32,000 nucleotides of DNA, from the NCBI RefSeq assembly GCF_000011125.1, contig NC_000854.2, positions 480,001 to 512,000 of the forward strand, written 5' to 3'. Made by a program: the position numbers and the translations under genes. Below the pieces are notes generated by a model. It had not been told where the DNA came from. It was given only the letters and a program-made list of their open reading frames with translations, and made no database searches. The DNA is from Aeropyrum pernix K1. Its GTDB lineage: Archaea > Thermoproteota > Thermoprotei_A > Sulfolobales > Acidilobaceae. Positions 1 through 7,551 of this stretch are shown here, one piece after another (position 1 is the stretch's first letter; every line of letters begins with the position of its first letter).

Positions 1-58
1 GCCCCATTCTCTCGTGCAACCTGGGCTTCTCGTATGGTAAGCAATACATCATCAAGAA

Positions 59-400
59 TCAACCCCTAGACTCCAGCTCTACCCTTAGCTTCCCGTTGCC
101 GTCCAGCCTCTGCTTGGCCGCATCTAGAAGCTCTCTGGCCTTCTCCTCGGCCAGTTCTTTCAACACAGCCCGAGTGAGCTCCCTTTCGAGCCCCAGCCTC
201 GCATCTTCCAGGATTTTTCTTGCCTCTCTCAGCCTCTCAGCGGCTTCCGAGCGCTTCTCCCTGTCCACCGCCATGATCGAGGCATAGCCAGAGTAGCAGG
301 CGTCGCTGCCTGGGCATAATCTCTTCTCGATCTCGATCAAGACGTTTATGTAATGCTCAATCAGGGCCACGGCCTCAGCAACTACCCAAGACCTAGCCAC
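59..400 (-). CDS. Small coiled-coil/helical viral hypothetical protein
   Basis: 113-aa ORF, K/E/R/A-rich helical composition (EKRLCPG..DREKRSEAAERLREARKILEDARLGLERELTRAVLKELAEEKARELL), directly downstream of the wHTH ORF on the same strand. Confidence 0.6.
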   Translation of the reverse strand: MARSWVVAEAVALIEHYINVLIEIEKRLCPGSDACYSGYASIMAVDREKRSEAAERLREARKILEDARLGLERELTRAVLKELAEEKARELLDAAKQRLDGNGKLRVELESRG

Positions 401-406
401 CCTCCC

Positions 407-673
407 TCACCCCGTTATTATTGCGCCTATCTTTTCCAGCACCTGCTCGCCCGCCTTGGTCAGGTAGTACTTGCCCTGCCCGTTCTTGTCGACAAGGTTC
501 AGCGCGAGTAGCTTCTGCATGAGCCCGTGTGCGCTGCTGGGTGGTATGCCCAGCGAGTCGCTTATCTCCTTCAGGCTGGCCCCCTGGGGCTTCTCCCTCA
601 AAAAACGCAGAGCCCTAAGCTCTCGGACGGAAAGCCTGTCCAGCCAGTTCACACTCGACACCTCACAGACCAA
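407..673 (-). CDS. Winged-helix (MarR/ArsR-like) transcriptional regulator
   Basis: 88 aa: LSVRELRALRFLREKPQGASLKEISDSLGIPPSSAHGLMQKLLALNLVDKNGQGKYYLTKAGEQVLEKI, a typical wHTH plus wing. Confidence 0.8.
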   Translation of the reverse strand: MVCEVSSVNWLDRLSVRELRALRFLREKPQGASLKEISDSLGIPPSSAHGLMQKLLALNLVDKNGQGKYYLTKAGEQVLEKIGAIITG

Positions 674-679
674 TTCCTA

Positions 680-756
680 ATTTGGAATTTGGAAATATTT
701 AAGTGTTTACCATTTGGAATTCCAGTTTCCATTTTTAAACTTCCAGATTTGGAATT
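680..756. promoter_or_regulatory. Three direct copies of ATTTGGAATT in a divergent promoter region (operator-like)
   Basis: Copies at 680-689, 712-721 and 747-756, plus the GGAATTCC palindrome at 716-723; A/T-rich TATA-like stretches (aaatattta, tttttaaac) between two divergent wHTH genes. Confidence 0.6.
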
Positions 757-773
757 AAGAACGGGTTTCTACG

Positions 774-1433
774 GTGGCGCTCAGAAAACCCATAGTAAGC
801 CCCACCACAGCATCTATACTAATACTACTACTACAGAGGGCCCAAGCCTCAAGCGTCGAGCTGGCCGTCGAGCTGGGCGTCTACCCCAGCCAGGTCAACG
901 CCTATCTGCATTATTACAGGAAGCAGGGTATAGTCGAGAAGAGCGGCGATGTCTGGCGGCTCACAGAAGATGGTTTAAAATATGTGCAGGAGCGCTATGA
1001 TTATTTAACTAATGTGGCTTCGGCTTTCGGAATAAAAATTAATAAAGATGAATCAAGAAGAATAAATCTTTATTCCGAAATTAGAAAGGTCGCTGTTGAG
1101 TGGCTCAACGGCCACGAGGATTGCCTGTTTATCGTCGACTTCCTGGCTTTCCTATATTTCGAGAGGGGTAAGACGTACTTCGAGGCTGGACGGGGGCTGG
1201 CCGACAGCCTGGCAGAGGCCCTGGAAGAGTATAGTAGTGGTGGTTATGTCAGCCCCTTCCGCGTCCAGGAGTGTCTCGCAGAGCTGTCCCAGAGGGGCGT
1301 CGTCTACATCTGGCGGGGGCGGAAGGTCAGGCTGGCCAAGCAGCTTATAGAGGCCGCCCGAAGACAAGCTCCCGCAGCTCCCGCAGCCTCTCGACCACCT
1401 GGACGCCCTTATCCGTCAGGCGGACGCATTTAA
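774..1433 (+). CDS. Winged-helix domain viral protein (putative regulator)
   Basis: 219 aa; N-terminus TTASILILLLQRAQASSVELAVELGVYPSQVNAYLHYYRKQGIVEKSGDVWRLTEDGLKYVQERY fits wHTH; C-terminal half has a second possible wHTH (VSPFRVQECLAELSQRGVVYIWRGRKV). Confidence 0.7.
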   Translation: MALRKPIVSPTTASILILLLQRAQASSVELAVELGVYPSQVNAYLHYYRKQGIVEKSGDVWRLTEDGLKYVQERYDYLTNVASAFGIKINKDESRRINLYSEIRKVAVEWLNGHEDCLFIVDFLAFLYFERGKTYFEAGRGLADSLAEALEEYSSGGYVSPFRVQECLAELSQRGVVYIWRGRKVRLAKQLIEAARRQAPAAPAASRPPGRPYPSGGRI

Positions 1434-1629
1434 CCCTTACACCCTTCTCCTCGCTAAAACAAACCGTCTCCTCTATGAGCCCTAGCCTCTTAAGGTGCTC
1501 CACGTTCTGGTAGAACGAGCCCGACCCAGCGAAATCTATAATCTTATGCTGGGGGAGCTCCCTAGCGTTATACCTTATAAACGTTAATAGAAACTTCTCG
1601 ACGCCGCCGCGCTTAAACAACAGCTCCAA
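1345..1629 (-). CDS. Small winged-helix transcriptional regulator
   Basis: 94 aa: ELLFKRGGVEKFLLTFIRYNARELPQHKIIDFAGSGSFYQNVEHLKRLGLIEETVCFSEEKGVRVKCVRLTDKGVQVVERL. Overlaps the 3' end of 774..1433 tail to tail. Confidence 0.7.
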   Translation of the reverse strand: MELLFKRGGVEKFLLTFIRYNARELPQHKIIDFAGSGSFYQNVEHLKRLGLIEETVCFSEEKGVRVKCVRLTDKGVQVVERLRELRELVFGRPL

Positions 1630-1677
1630 GGCCTCTCTACCAAGGCTTAGTTTTGCCTGTGTAATTCTTATATGATA

Positions 1678-1693
1678 ATTCGGTATACCGAAT
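1678..1693. promoter_or_regulatory. Perfect 16-bp palindrome ATTCGGTATACCGAAT, putative operator
   Basis: Perfect dyad 49 bp upstream of the wHTH gene starting at 1629 (minus) and just upstream of the small ORF at 1712 (plus). Confidence 0.5.
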
Positions 1694-1711
1694 CAAGAAG
1701 GGTTGGGATCC

Positions 1712-1879
1712 TTGGCTAGGGCTGGCCCAATAATAATTATTTCCTTAGGGGGGTTTGCATCACTAGTGGTGTTATTCTCAAGGGTGGATCGCGAGATTGC
1801 AGCGTGGCTAGGGCTAGGTGTCATTCTCACCATGATCCTTGCGGTGCTCCTTGGTGGGCATGTTGTGTTTAGACGCTAA
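1712..1879 (+). CDS. Small two-TM protein (55 aa), absent from the ORF track
   Basis: TTG start (another in-frame TTG at 1703): LARAGPIIIISLGGFASLVVLFSRVDREIAAWLGLGVILTMILAVLLGGHVVFRR*; two hydrophobic segments, positively charged C-terminus. Confidence 0.5.
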   Translation: MARAGPIIIISLGGFASLVVLFSRVDREIAAWLGLGVILTMILAVLLGGHVVFRR

Positions 1880-1977
1880 GTATAAGCCCGTTATTAACCC
1901 GATGAGCCATGCAAGGAACCCCCCGACAAAATATGTTAACTATGTCGACGCATTCCTCTATCAACCCTGTACACCCA

Positions 1978-2151
1978 TCACTTCCCGAATGTTGGCTCCT
2001 CGGCTAAGAGCTCTTCCAGCTCCGCCTCGTACAGTTCTATAGCCTCTAACGCCCTCTTACGGGCCTCTGGCCATCCCGCCAGCCTCATGTTCATCTCTCT
2101 CTTGAGCTTAACCAAGAGCCGCAGGATGGCCTCACGCTCGCAGCCAGACAT
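1978..2151 (-). CDS. Small charged helical protein (57 aa), absent from the ORF track
   Basis: ATG start: MSGCEREAILRLLVKLKREMNMRLAGWPEARKRALEAIELYEAELEELLAEEPTFGK*. Amphipathic helical pattern, strand consistent with neighbouring genes. Confidence 0.5.
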   Translation of the reverse strand: MSGCEREAILRLLVKLKREMNMRLAGWPEARKRALEAIELYEAELEELLAEEPTFGK

Positions 2152-2256
2152 CACCAGCCACCACTCTAATACAAAACGTGGGGTGGGGGCGGGGAGGGAG
2201 GCGCCCGAAATAGAGCGGAGGGCCAGGGAGAAATTGGGGCTTAGGGGTGGGGTTCG

Positions 2257-2580
2257 TTAGAGGCCTGAGGCTACAGCGCTGAATATGATGAAGGCGAACG
2301 CTAGGCTTACCGCCAAGTACCCGTATATTATTGCTAGGGCTATGGCAGCCCTTCTCAGGCGTCTCCCTGGGGGGGCTATGGCTACCCACAGGGCGGCCGC
2401 GGCCATCGCTACGGCTGCCGCCGCCTGGCCCGTCGCCCCGCTCCCAGTCGCGAGCGCTATTGGGAGCCCGAGCAGGGTTAGGGGTGCTCTCACGGCATCC
2501 CCGCCTAGAGCCATGCCCAGCAGCGTGAGCGGCATGTATAGTGCTGTGAGGAAGAGGAGGGCTGGGACGGCCCTTTCCAA
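2257..2580 (-). CDS. Multi-pass membrane protein, viral hypothetical
   Basis: 107 aa, about 4 hydrophobic segments (ALLFLTALYMPLTLLGMAL, LTLLGLPIALATGS, AAAAVAMAAAALWVAIA, AIALAIIYGYLAVSLAFAFIIFS). Confidence 0.6.
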   Translation of the reverse strand: MERAVPALLFLTALYMPLTLLGMALGGDAVRAPLTLLGLPIALATGSGATGQAAAAVAMAAAALWVAIAPPGRRLRRAAIALAIIYGYLAVSLAFAFIIFSAVASGL

Positions 2581-2632
2581 GCGTGGCCACCAAAAAATCT
2601 GGGGGGTTTAGGGCGTTAATTAAGGGCTACAG

Positions 2633-4669
2633 CTAGGAGGGCTGGAGGGAGATGCTCTCGATCACGCCATAGGCTTTAACGAAGACTCCAGAGACCTGTA
2701 ACAGCGAGGCGTCGGCCAGAGCCTTCAGACCTACCTCGACATAGTAGTCGCCAGCACCTAGCTGGAGGTTGTTCAGCTCGAAGGACAGGGTTTTCACCCC
2801 CTCCATACCAGGGGGTAGATCCTTCTCGATAGTTACTACAGTATCCTCTACATGCTTTATCAAGTTGCCGCTGGGATCGTAGAGCTTCACAACGGCTATC
2901 ACGTAACCCGTGTTTCCATAGCTGTCAACACCGTAGTAGTACACCATCATCAGGATCCTGAGAGTGTAGCTGCCGCTGGCTGGTGCATTGAGCCTAACCT
3001 TGCTGTAGGCATATGCCCATGCATCCTCGTATATATCGCTAAAAGCAGCTACCCTCAGCAGCCAGCCGTCTCCCGAGACACCATAGTCTGCATAATAGCT
3101 TGTTAGACTGAGGAAGCCAGTGCTGTCTCCTCCAGTCTCGACAAGCTCCCCGCTCCAGAGCGCCTTCGGCTCCTGCAGAGGGTCTAGGGGAGACCTCCCG
3201 AGCCTCTGAGCCAGGTCCAGGTACAACTTGAGGGCCTGCACCGCCAGGATGGTGCTCTCGCTGTTCACTACGGCAAAGGGCCACTCGCTGGGCATGGGTC
3301 TCAATGCTTCTCCCACATCATAACCTAGAGTTGCCAGGACTCCAGTTACAGAGTCGAGGCCGCTTGTAAAAGTGTCCAGGATACCCCAGGCGCTAGGTTT
3401 TGAGACGAGGCTGCCTATATCATAGGCGGCGGGCCACCATCCCCTGAATAGGGCTAGCCTCACAGGGCCCCAGGGTGTGTCGTGCTCATAATCCCACTGT
3501 AGTCTGACAAGGATGCCAGCCAGCCTATCGGCCATATAAAGTATGTCGTTGCCAGCCACCCACCTATCACCAGTCGTGTCATAGTACTTTACCAAGGCTG
3601 CCAGCAGAGTCGCATTGAGATATACTGGATAACCCTTGTAGCTCCAGCTAAGCCCGTAAACATTGGCCTTCTTGAGCCCGTACCCATCCCATCCGCCCTC
3701 TATAATTGCCTCTGCGATTAGCTGCTCCGCTTCGCTCTGAGCACTGGCGCCATACTTGTCAAGGAGATGCATAGCTCTAAGTAGCTTATGTAGGGGGAAC
3801 TCCTTCCACCCAGAGATAGCCTCGTTGAAAAGGCCGAGGGAGTCGAGAATGTAGATCCTGCTCTTGTAAGGATAGTTAACCAAGTAGTCGCCCACCTGCC
3901 AGGGGTGCCCTTCATAGCCGTTCCAGGAGAGCCAGGTGCTGTACCTGTAGTCGAAGAAGCTGTCTGGATACGTTTTACTCCTGCCAAAGAGCGGCGCATA
4001 CACGTCGTAGTTAAAGTCTACAACATTGTCCCAAAGCTCCTTCATCTTACGTGGATAGTAGCTGTAGCCCTCGTCCTCCAGCAGCCAAGCCGCTATTATG
4101 GTGCTGTGCCTGAGGACGTATCTCGCACTGTGGAACTTGTAGTCGTTCCCCTCATAGATTGTTTTGGTGGTGCTCCAGCCCTGTGTAACGCCGTAGTACC
4201 AGTACGATCCTCTGGTGCCTAGCGCTAGGTCGAACTGGTATTCAGATTCGTCGACGTATACTAGTAGCTCGTCAGTATTGTAATCAACGTTAGTGAGCGA
4301 TGCATAAATCACTATGTCATAGTCGCTGTCGCTGTCGACATTGAAGTAGTATCGCCACGCTACCATATTGTTTGTGACGCCAACCAGCTCCGTCTTGTAA
4401 TATTTGTCGCCAGGATCTAGGAAGCTACCTGGAACATAGAGTTCGCCGTTGTACTTAACCATGATTGTCGGGCTGGGGTAATCTGGCATTACGTAGTAGG
4501 TGCTACCGTTAACGTCTACGGGCCTGATGGCATCGAGAACTGCCTGGACACCCAGGTCTATCGCATTCTGCACGTCAGTCAGCGTCAGCCCGCTGGCCTT
4601 CACTGGTACAGCATAGAGTATCGCCTGCGCTAACAGGAGAGCGACCAGAGCTAGAGACGCCACCCTCAA
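2633..4669 (-). CDS. Large exported protein (678 aa), candidate virion/surface protein; middle region weakly resembles helical-toroid glycan-active proteins
   Basis: N-terminal signal peptide MRVASLALVALLLAQAILYAVPVKA; aromatic-rich helical middle (HKAMHLLDKYGASAQSEAEQLIAEAIIEGGWDGYG..LNATLLAALVKYYDTTGD); beta-rich C-terminus. Largest ORF of the element. Confidence 0.7.
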   Translation of the reverse strand: MRVASLALVALLLAQAILYAVPVKASGLTLTDVQNAIDLGVQAVLDAIRPVDVNGSTYYVMPDYPSPTIMVKYNGELYVPGSFLDPGDKYYKTELVGVTNNMVAWRYYFNVDSDSDYDIVIYASLTNVDYNTDELLVYVDESEYQFDLALGTRGSYWYYGVTQGWSTTKTIYEGNDYKFHSARYVLRHSTIIAAWLLEDEGYSYYPRKMKELWDNVVDFNYDVYAPLFGRSKTYPDSFFDYRYSTWLSWNGYEGHPWQVGDYLVNYPYKSRIYILDSLGLFNEAISGWKEFPLHKLLRAMHLLDKYGASAQSEAEQLIAEAIIEGGWDGYGLKKANVYGLSWSYKGYPVYLNATLLAALVKYYDTTGDRWVAGNDILYMADRLAGILVRLQWDYEHDTPWGPVRLALFRGWWPAAYDIGSLVSKPSAWGILDTFTSGLDSVTGVLATLGYDVGEALRPMPSEWPFAVVNSESTILAVQALKLYLDLAQRLGRSPLDPLQEPKALWSGELVETGGDSTGFLSLTSYYADYGVSGDGWLLRVAAFSDIYEDAWAYAYSKVRLNAPASGSYTLRILMMVYYYGVDSYGNTGYVIAVVKLYDPSGNLIKHVEDTVVTIEKDLPPGMEGVKTLSFELNNLQLGAGDYYVEVGLKALADASLLQVSGVFVKAYGVIESISLQPS

Positions 4670-4759
4670 GGCGCATCGGTGTTTAAAATATCAAGGATAA
4701 TGTCTAGTCTATCACTAATTCATGGCCGCTCTAGGCTACTCTAAACAGCTTCCATCGCC

Positions 4760-5614
4760 TTAAATCCGTCTGGCCAGAGCTACAGCTCTCGCCAGGGCGA
4801 TTGCAGCCGCCAGGGCCCCTCCAGCCGCTGCAGCCGCCTCGGGCAGACCCCAGTACTGACCCCTTGCCTTAGCCTCTGCAATGTACTGCTTGGTAGAGTT
4901 GTACAGGTAGTAAGGGTCCTTTATGGCTGGGTCGTTAGCTGGCTCTATGAAAGTGTTCTCATGGTACTCGTTCCAGCTAGTTATGGCTATCAATCTCACT
5001 CTGTCAAGGTTGCGGAGCACCCATTCCCACTGCCTCTCGTACCAGCCCTGGGATAGGTCGTAGTCTATAGAGAGGCCAGGGCTCCTGAAGTGGTCATCCC
5101 TATAACGTGGGGTGAGGACAACATAGCCGTCCCTCCTCACCCTCAGCTCCCCGCTCAACGCATTGTCGTAGTCTGGCCAGTAGTCCCAATCCTGGTAGCC
5201 TGCACTGTCAATGTCATTACCTACTATCCTGATTGCGTAGCCAGGGAAGTCGGGCCTCGGGTCGTATGCCAAGCCTATAGGGTTGAACGCCAGCACCAGG
5301 GGCTTGCCGTCCAGCCTGAGATATGCTCCTGGGTAGCGGTCGATGAAATTTTGCTTTATATAAGCTAGGGTCTGCTCCCAGAACGCCCTGTCATACCTCG
5401 AGGGGTCGTTGCCGAGATAGGGCTCAACGAATATGGCGGCCTTGAGTCCGTAGAGCTGCGCCCTCCAGAACACCCTCCTAGCCGCCTCGTCCTCGAAGCC
5501 CCCTGGCCCCCACCACGATATGAAGAGGCAGTCTATGCCAGCCTCCCGCATCCTCTGGAGCTGCCAGTCGATAACCCTAACGTCCCTGCTGTCGTAGAGG
5601 CCGATAACAGGCAC
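4760..5614 (-). CDS. Glycoside hydrolase family 99/WbsX-like protein, C-terminal membrane segment; frame stays open upstream to 5761
   Basis: Motifs YDSRD, GIDCLFISWWGPG, GKPLVLAFNP, ITSWNEYHENTFIEP; C-terminal hydrophobic AAAAGGALAAAIALARAVAL. The upstream in-frame extension encodes PIVCVYFYPWYSGDGRHWD, the conserved family N-terminus. Confidence 0.8.
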   Translation of the reverse strand: MPVIGLYDSRDVRVIDWQLQRMREAGIDCLFISWWGPGGFEDEAARRVFWRAQLYGLKAAIFVEPYLGNDPSRYDRAFWEQTLAYIKQNFIDRYPGAYLRLDGKPLVLAFNPIGLAYDPRPDFPGYAIRIVGNDIDSAGYQDWDYWPDYDNALSGELRVRRDGYVVLTPRYRDDHFRSPGLSIDYDLSQGWYERQWEWVLRNLDRVRLIAITSWNEYHENTFIEPANDPAIKDPYYLYNSTKQYIAEAKARGQYWGLPEAAAAAGGALAAAIALARAVALARRI

Positions 5615-5767
5615 TGCAAGAACAGTGCTGTCCCAGTGCCTCCCATCACCGCTGTACCATGGGTAGAAGTAGACGCAGACTATAGGCTGGCTAGAGGAGT
5701 ATACCGTGATGGGGGCTGTAGATAGTGCTAGCAGGAAAAAAGAGTAGTGCTGCTTCTCTTCTCACGG

Positions 5768-6436
5768 CTACCTCCCCAGCTTGCCTACAATACCCACCAT
5801 CCTGTCGAGAATCTTTATGACGACACCGAAAACAGCAACAACAACCAGCAGCGGCATCACGGCGGCTACAGCCTCTGTTATAGCGCTGGGGTCGTACATG
5901 GCGCTATAATCTGGCTCCGTCGACAATGTTATACTGCCAGCGGTGAAAGCCTGGGTGGTGCCGTCAGGCGTGTGGGCCCATATGTCGGCTAGGCTAGGCG
6001 CATTTATGTTGGCTAGCTCGTACAGCAGGTTTCCAGCGTCGTCGTAGATCTGAAGCTTGTCCTGGCGGTACTTTATTGTAAGCCCTGCTAGCTGGCTCCA
6101 GTCCCCCAGAACTACGTCAGTCGTGACGCCTAGCGCAGGGGCCTGTAGCACTATGCTCCCGCTGGTCTTGAAGAATAGAATCAGCACCTCATTAGCGGCT
6201 GAGTCCCTGAAGCTTAGTGCCAGGTTGTCGGTTGCTGGGGCGTTTGTAGTGGAGTCTATGTTAACCTGCAGCCCGCTCCAGGCGACGGTTATCAGTGCTG
6301 GAGGGTCTACTGGGAAGCTGTATGTCTGGTTGACTACTGTAGCGTCTATGGTTACGCTGGCCGCTGCCAGGGCTGGCGCTGCTGGCGCCACCAGCAGTGC
6401 TATAGCTATTGCAAAAGCGACTAGTGGGAGCTTCAT
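5768..6436 (-). CDS. Exported, C-terminally membrane-anchored viral protein (candidate virion protein)
   Basis: 222 aa; signal peptide MKLPLVAFAIAIALLVAPAAPALAAA; beta-rich middle; C-terminal TM ITEAVAAVMPLLVVVAVFGVVIKIL. Confidence 0.7.
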   Translation of the reverse strand: MKLPLVAFAIAIALLVAPAAPALAAASVTIDATVVNQTYSFPVDPPALITVAWSGLQVNIDSTTNAPATDNLALSFRDSAANEVLILFFKTSGSIVLQAPALGVTTDVVLGDWSQLAGLTIKYRQDKLQIYDDAGNLLYELANINAPSLADIWAHTPDGTTQAFTAGSITLSTEPDYSAMYDPSAITEAVAAVMPLLVVVAVFGVVIKILDRMVGIVGKLGR

Positions 6437-6457
6437 GGTAACCCCCTCTAGCGCGGT

Positions 6458-6715
6458 TTATGTGAAGCTCCTGAACACCCTCTCTATCACGTCGAAGATC
6501 TTCATTAGGAATATCAGGGGTATCAGCAGGGCGAAGAGGCTCATTATTATCGGTAGCATCTGGTTTATTATGCTTGTCATGTCTGTAGTCGTGGTCTGGC
6601 CGAGCACTGCAAGGGCTAGGGCTACGCCCGCCAGGGCCCTTGCCTTGAAGCCTGTGGCCGCGTGTTTGATGCTCTCTCTAAGGCCTGCCAGGGCCCTCCT
6701 TAGCCTACCTATCAA
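6458..6715 (-). CDS. Small two-hydrophobic-segment protein, candidate major coat or membrane protein
   Basis: 85 aa: basic N-terminus, then ALAGVALALAVLGQ and IINQMLPIIMSLFALLIPLIFLMKIF. Confidence 0.6.
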   Translation of the reverse strand: MIGRLRRALAGLRESIKHAATGFKARALAGVALALAVLGQTTTTDMTSIINQMLPIIMSLFALLIPLIFLMKIFDVIERVFRSFT

Positions 6716-6803
6716 GGCTACCGCCTCTATGTAGACCTGTTATGACTTCGAAATTGTTTAGAGCTCCTCTTTTACAATAGATTAAGGTGGGTGCCCCCGC
6801 TAC

Positions 6804-7088
6804 ATGGCGGCTCTCAGTCCTCCAAAGAGGGTGACCTTGGCGTTCGTTCACAGGGAGACTGGCAGTGTGCATAAGAAGAGGCAGTTCGAGTTCCGCAACG
6901 AGCATAGGGCCCTGATAAAGATGTGGGCCTGGGTGTTGAGCTACATGGAGGAGTACCCTCCGAAGTCCTACCGCCTAGTAGCATACATACATGAGGGCCC
7001 CTACCCCGAGTTCATAGCCAGAAAGCTCAGGGAGTGGAATATACGGGTTATAGAGCCCAGCGGAAAGGGTATAGAGGTGTACAAGTAG
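6804..7088 (+). CDS. Viral hypothetical protein (94 aa)
   Basis: ORF with intact start, basic, on the strand opposite the structural block. Confidence 0.6.
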   Translation: MAALSPPKRVTLAFVHRETGSVHKKRQFEFRNEHRALIKMWAWVLSYMEEYPPKSYRLVAYIHEGPYPEFIARKLREWNIRVIEPSGKGIEVYK

Positions 7089-7195
7089 TGGTGTGGTACC
7101 AGGACCCAGTGCAGGTCGTGCTGGTGACGTTCGTAGCCGCTGGTATGGCGTACCTAGGCTACAGGCTCGTTAAGCTTATACTCGACTCCTTCTAA
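7088..7195 (+). CDS. Very small single-TM protein (35 aa), absent from the ORF track
   Basis: GTG start: (M)VWYQDPVQVVLVTFVAAGMAYLGYRLVKLILDSF*. The start overlaps the stop of 6804..7088 by 1 nt, suggesting translational coupling. Confidence 0.45.
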   Translation: MVWYQDPVQVVLVTFVAAGMAYLGYRLVKLILDSF

Positions 7196-7541
7196 CGATC
7201 ATAGTCCTTGCCAGTCTAGATACTCTACCTCTAGGCAGCCTCCACTCCCTCAGCACGTACTCGACCAGGAAATCGGTGGCCTCGACTATCATCCTAGGCG
7301 CCCTATGCCTCCTTGCCAGGAGCTTTAGGAAGTTGAGCCTCCTAACAGCTAGCTCTTTCGTCATCTTAATTCTCTTACAGCTCCTGTTCTCGTAGGTGTA
7401 CCCCCTCCTAAGGTCTCTTAGTATTAGCTTTGCTATTGCAGCGGCCTCGGCTAGAGTATCTATGCCAGGCCGCCTAGCCCTCCTAACATACACACCCTCC
7501 TTGCGGGCGTAGCAACTCTTAGGCCCCTGATAGACTGGCAT
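7176..7541 (-). CDS. Small very basic viral hypothetical protein
   Basis: 121 aa, R/K-rich (ARKEGVYVRRARRPG..ILRDLRRGYTYENRSCKRIKMTKELAVRRLNFLKLLARRHRAPR). Confidence 0.65.
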   Translation of the reverse strand: MPVYQGPKSCYARKEGVYVRRARRPGIDTLAEAAAIAKLILRDLRRGYTYENRSCKRIKMTKELAVRRLNFLKLLARRHRAPRMIVEATDFLVEYVLREWRLPRGRVSRLARTMIVRRSRV

Positions 7542-7551
7542 ACTCCCACCC

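Noticed and set aside
1839-2042. 67-aa plus-strand ORF
   Set aside because: Non-coding-like composition, and it overlaps the more plausible minus-strand 57-aa ORF 1978..2151 and the end of 1712..1879.
2132-2593. 153-aa minus-strand ORF
   Set aside because: Pro/Arg/Gly/His/Ser-rich out-of-frame translation overlapping the better membrane-protein ORF 2257..2580.
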